DNA of 64,000 bases from an uncultured candidate division Zixibacteria bacterium (lineage in GTDB: Bacteria; Zixibacteria; MSB-5A5; UBA10806; 4484-95), in assembly GCA_963668625.2 (NCBI GenBank), contig CAXXKA010000008.1, positions 1,312,001 to 1,376,000 of the forward strand, in the 5' to 3' direction. The position numbers and the translations under genes are program-made. Below, piece after piece: positions 61,955 to 64,000 of this stretch (position 1 is its first letter; every line of letters begins with the position of its first letter). A model generated the notes under the pieces. It did not search any database and had not been told where the DNA came from. It saw only the letters and a program-made list of their open reading frames with translations.

Positions 61955-62485
61955 TTGAAAAAGAATATTCTACTGGCCACTATAGTTTTTTGCTTGATTA
62001 TAACCAATAACGTTACTTCTCAAGATGTAGCGGTTGGGTCCGCGACGGTTATTGGAGTACAGGGAATAACTATAACATCACCACAGGAGCTAGATTTCGG
62101 AGACATACTTCAAGGTATACCGAAATCCATCGGCAATAATGATATTTCAGCGGGTATTTTCGAAATATCCGGACAGAACGAGGCCGGAGTCAATCTTCAG
62201 CTCCAGTTACCGGAGTATCTATTTCATACAGGTAGCGGCTCTCGCCTGCGTATTATCTTCGGCGATGATGATGTTTCGATAGATACCACAGGCGCCGGTA
62301 ATCCCCCCGGCATGGATGCCGGCAAAGGCTGGCAAAACGAAAATCCGTTTAATCTCCCGGCAGCAACTATCGGTTCCAATGGAACAGATATCTATATCGG
62401 CGGCAAGGTGGTGCCCTCGGCCAACCAGAAAGCCGGTGATTATACCGGTAGTATAGTTTTGATAGTAGCTTACAATGATTTGTAA
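61955..62485 (+). CDS. DUF4402/Csu-like pilin subunit 4
   Basis: Signal peptide; GSATV...QELDFGDI, LQLPEYL, IYIGG and QKAGDYTGSIVLIVAY motifs; start codon approximate. Confidence 0.75.
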   Translation: MKKNILLATIVFCLIITNNVTSQDVAVGSATVIGVQGITITSPQELDFGDILQGIPKSIGNNDISAGIFEISGQNEAGVNLQLQLPEYLFHTGSGSRLRIIFGDDDVSIDTTGAGNPPGMDAGKGWQNENPFNLPAATIGSNGTDIYIGGKVVPSANQKAGDYTGSIVLIVAYNDL

Positions 62486-62565
62486 TGAAAGTGCTGGAAA
62501 ATTACTGATAATACGAGTAAGATTGCTGTGATAATCGAGTTCGGAGTTTTAATGGAAGAGGTGAT

Positions 62566-63126
62566 ATGAATAAGTCACTGAGGGAAATATCAGCCGGGAT
62601 ACTGGTGATATCGGTTACACTAATACTGGTTGCCGTATCTCCGCCAATCATGTCGGCTGATTCGGACAATGCGACCTCATCCGCGAGAGTACTTCTTGCT
62701 ATCACGGTAGTAGCAGAACAGGATTTGAATTTGGGATATGTTTATGGAGGAGTGCCGAAGTCAATGGGTTACAATGATGATGACTCATCGGCGATTTTCA
62801 GTATTACGGGCGAGCCGAGCGCCGGCATAAACCTTCAGTTAATTCTGCCCGAATACCTATCATTGCCGGATGGTTCGGCGAGAATACCGATTATATTTTC
62901 GGCTACCGATACCGGCGTGGATACCACTGTAGCAAGCCCGTCGACCATGAATGCCTCTGATGGTTGGATAAACCAGAATCCGCGAGATTTGCCTGCGGGT
63001 GCTGTTATCGGAGCCGCCGGCATGACCAGGGTTTACCTCGGCGGAAAAGTAATCCCACCCAGCAATCTCAAGGCCGGGACATATAACGGTGATATCGTTT
63101 TGAGTGTCTCTTACAATGGAACTTAA
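62566..63126 (+). CDS. DUF4402/Csu-like pilin subunit 5
   Basis: Signal peptide; ATSSARV...QDLNLG, LILPEYL, VYLGG and KAGTYNGDIVLSVSY motifs. Confidence 0.75.
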   Translation: MNKSLREISAGILVISVTLILVAVSPPIMSADSDNATSSARVLLAITVVAEQDLNLGYVYGGVPKSMGYNDDDSSAIFSITGEPSAGINLQLILPEYLSLPDGSARIPIIFSATDTGVDTTVASPSTMNASDGWINQNPRDLPAGAVIGAAGMTRVYLGGKVIPPSNLKAGTYNGDIVLSVSYNGT

Positions 63127-63227
63127 AAAATGGTAGTTATTAGTATCAATAAATTAACTCATAATTATTCGGTAATACTTATGAGCTTGAAAACAAGATC
63201 AAAAGCTAATTCTATAGGAGTTAAGAC

Positions 63228-64000
63228 ATGTTAAAACCTGGAAATCTGACTACTGTGGCATTCGGTAGATTTCGCTGGGGATTCGTTATTGCAGCTATAC
63301 TTTTAGTTTTGCCTTTTCATGAATTGTCGGCGAACGTGCTTGTTTCCCCGACGGTGGTTTTTATTTCGGATAAAAATCCCACAGGTCGGATTACTTTGCT
63401 TAATAGAGGTAATACTCCCCAGGAGGTTTCGGTTTTTTTCAGTTTCGGCTTACCAATCTCCGACAGCCTGGGAAACATATCCGTATCGTTTCAGGATTCG
63501 GCCGTAACCGATCCTCGCTCCTGTCTCGGCTGGGTTAAGGCTTTTCCGGAAAAAATAATAATTAATCCTGATGAATCTCAGGTCGTAAGGCTGATGGCGC
63601 GTCCGCCGAGCAATTTGCCGGATGGCGAGTATTGGTCGCGTATAATGGTTAGGTCGCAGAACGCGACAGTTGATGTTCCCGTGGCCGGCGAGCCGGAAGG
63701 GATACAGACACAATTGAATATGATAACCGAAATGGCTCTTATGCTCAAATATCGTACGGGAGACCTTATCTCTAATCTGGAGCTACAAAACACCTCAGCG
63801 GAATTCAAGGATTCGATCGTCGAAGTAATGATTGATCTGGAAAACCGTGGTAATGTGTCTTACATGGGGATGCTCGAGGCTAGTCTGTACGATAGCGATA
63901 ATAATGAAGTCAGCAGGAGAATAAATAAGCTTGCCGTCTATCGTCACTTGAAAAAAAGGGTCGATCTGGATGTCGCTGCCGGCGATTTCAAACCACCGTT
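63228..64000 (+). CDS. PapD-like pilus assembly chaperone (3' end outside window; absent from the ORF track)
   Basis: AGGAG RBS; my translation gives MLKPGN...LSANVLVSPTVVFI...ITLLNRGNTP...WVKAFPEKIIINPDESQVVRLMARPPSNLPDGEYWSRI...LENRGNVSY, a PapD N-domain pattern; frame open to the window end. Confidence 0.82.
   Translation, partial: MLKPGNLTTVAFGRFRWGFVIAAILLVLPFHELSANVLVSPTVVFISDKNPTGRITLLNRGNTPQEVSVFFSFGLPISDSLGNISVSFQDSAVTDPRSCLGWVKAFPEKIIINPDESQVVRLMARPPSNLPDGEYWSRIMVRSQNATVDVPVAGEPEGIQTQLNMITEMALMLKYRTGDLISNLELQNTSAEFKDSIVEVMIDLENRGNVSYMGMLEASLYDSDNNEVSRRINKLAVYRHLKKRVDLDVAAGDFKPP

Overview
A 64-kb chromosomal window from a diderm bacterium of the FCB superphylum. Candidate phylum Zixibacteria is the most likely source; this is inferred from the tandem PorV/PorQ-type beta-barrels, the FlgD/T9SS-like C-terminal domains and the GDAN...DVTYLVNYFRG dockerin-like tails. 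Most of the window is central metabolism: isocitrate/isopropylmalate dehydrogenase, a fused E1 alpha-beta 2-oxoacid dehydrogenase, FbaB, SdhCAB, AceE, methylmalonyl-CoA mutase with MeaB, and threonine dehydrogenase. It also holds a Crp/Fnr redox module with two FNR-type boxes, an MCP-CheW pair and large secreted hydrolases. Accessory highlights: (i) five tandem DUF4402/Csu-like pilin genes followed by a PapD-like chaperone at the right edge, a probable chaperone-usher-type pilus; (ii) a Cys- and Trp-Pro-rich variant dockerin tail shared by a C25 protease and an MBL-fold/OB-fold putative nuclease; (iii) a ~254-bp non-autonomous element with 13-bp TIRs and perfect 9-bp target duplications that carries REP-like hairpins, a second MITE, and several REP families; (iv) two AT-rich solo genes (a HEPN-motif protein and a P-loop ATPase-Zn ribbon-wHTH protein) next to REP clusters; (v) a possible Cys/Pro-Pro metal-sensing leader gene upstream of a secreted 12-Cys protein. 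No rRNA, tRNA or CRISPR array was seen. All calls come from reading motifs by eye; no database search was run.
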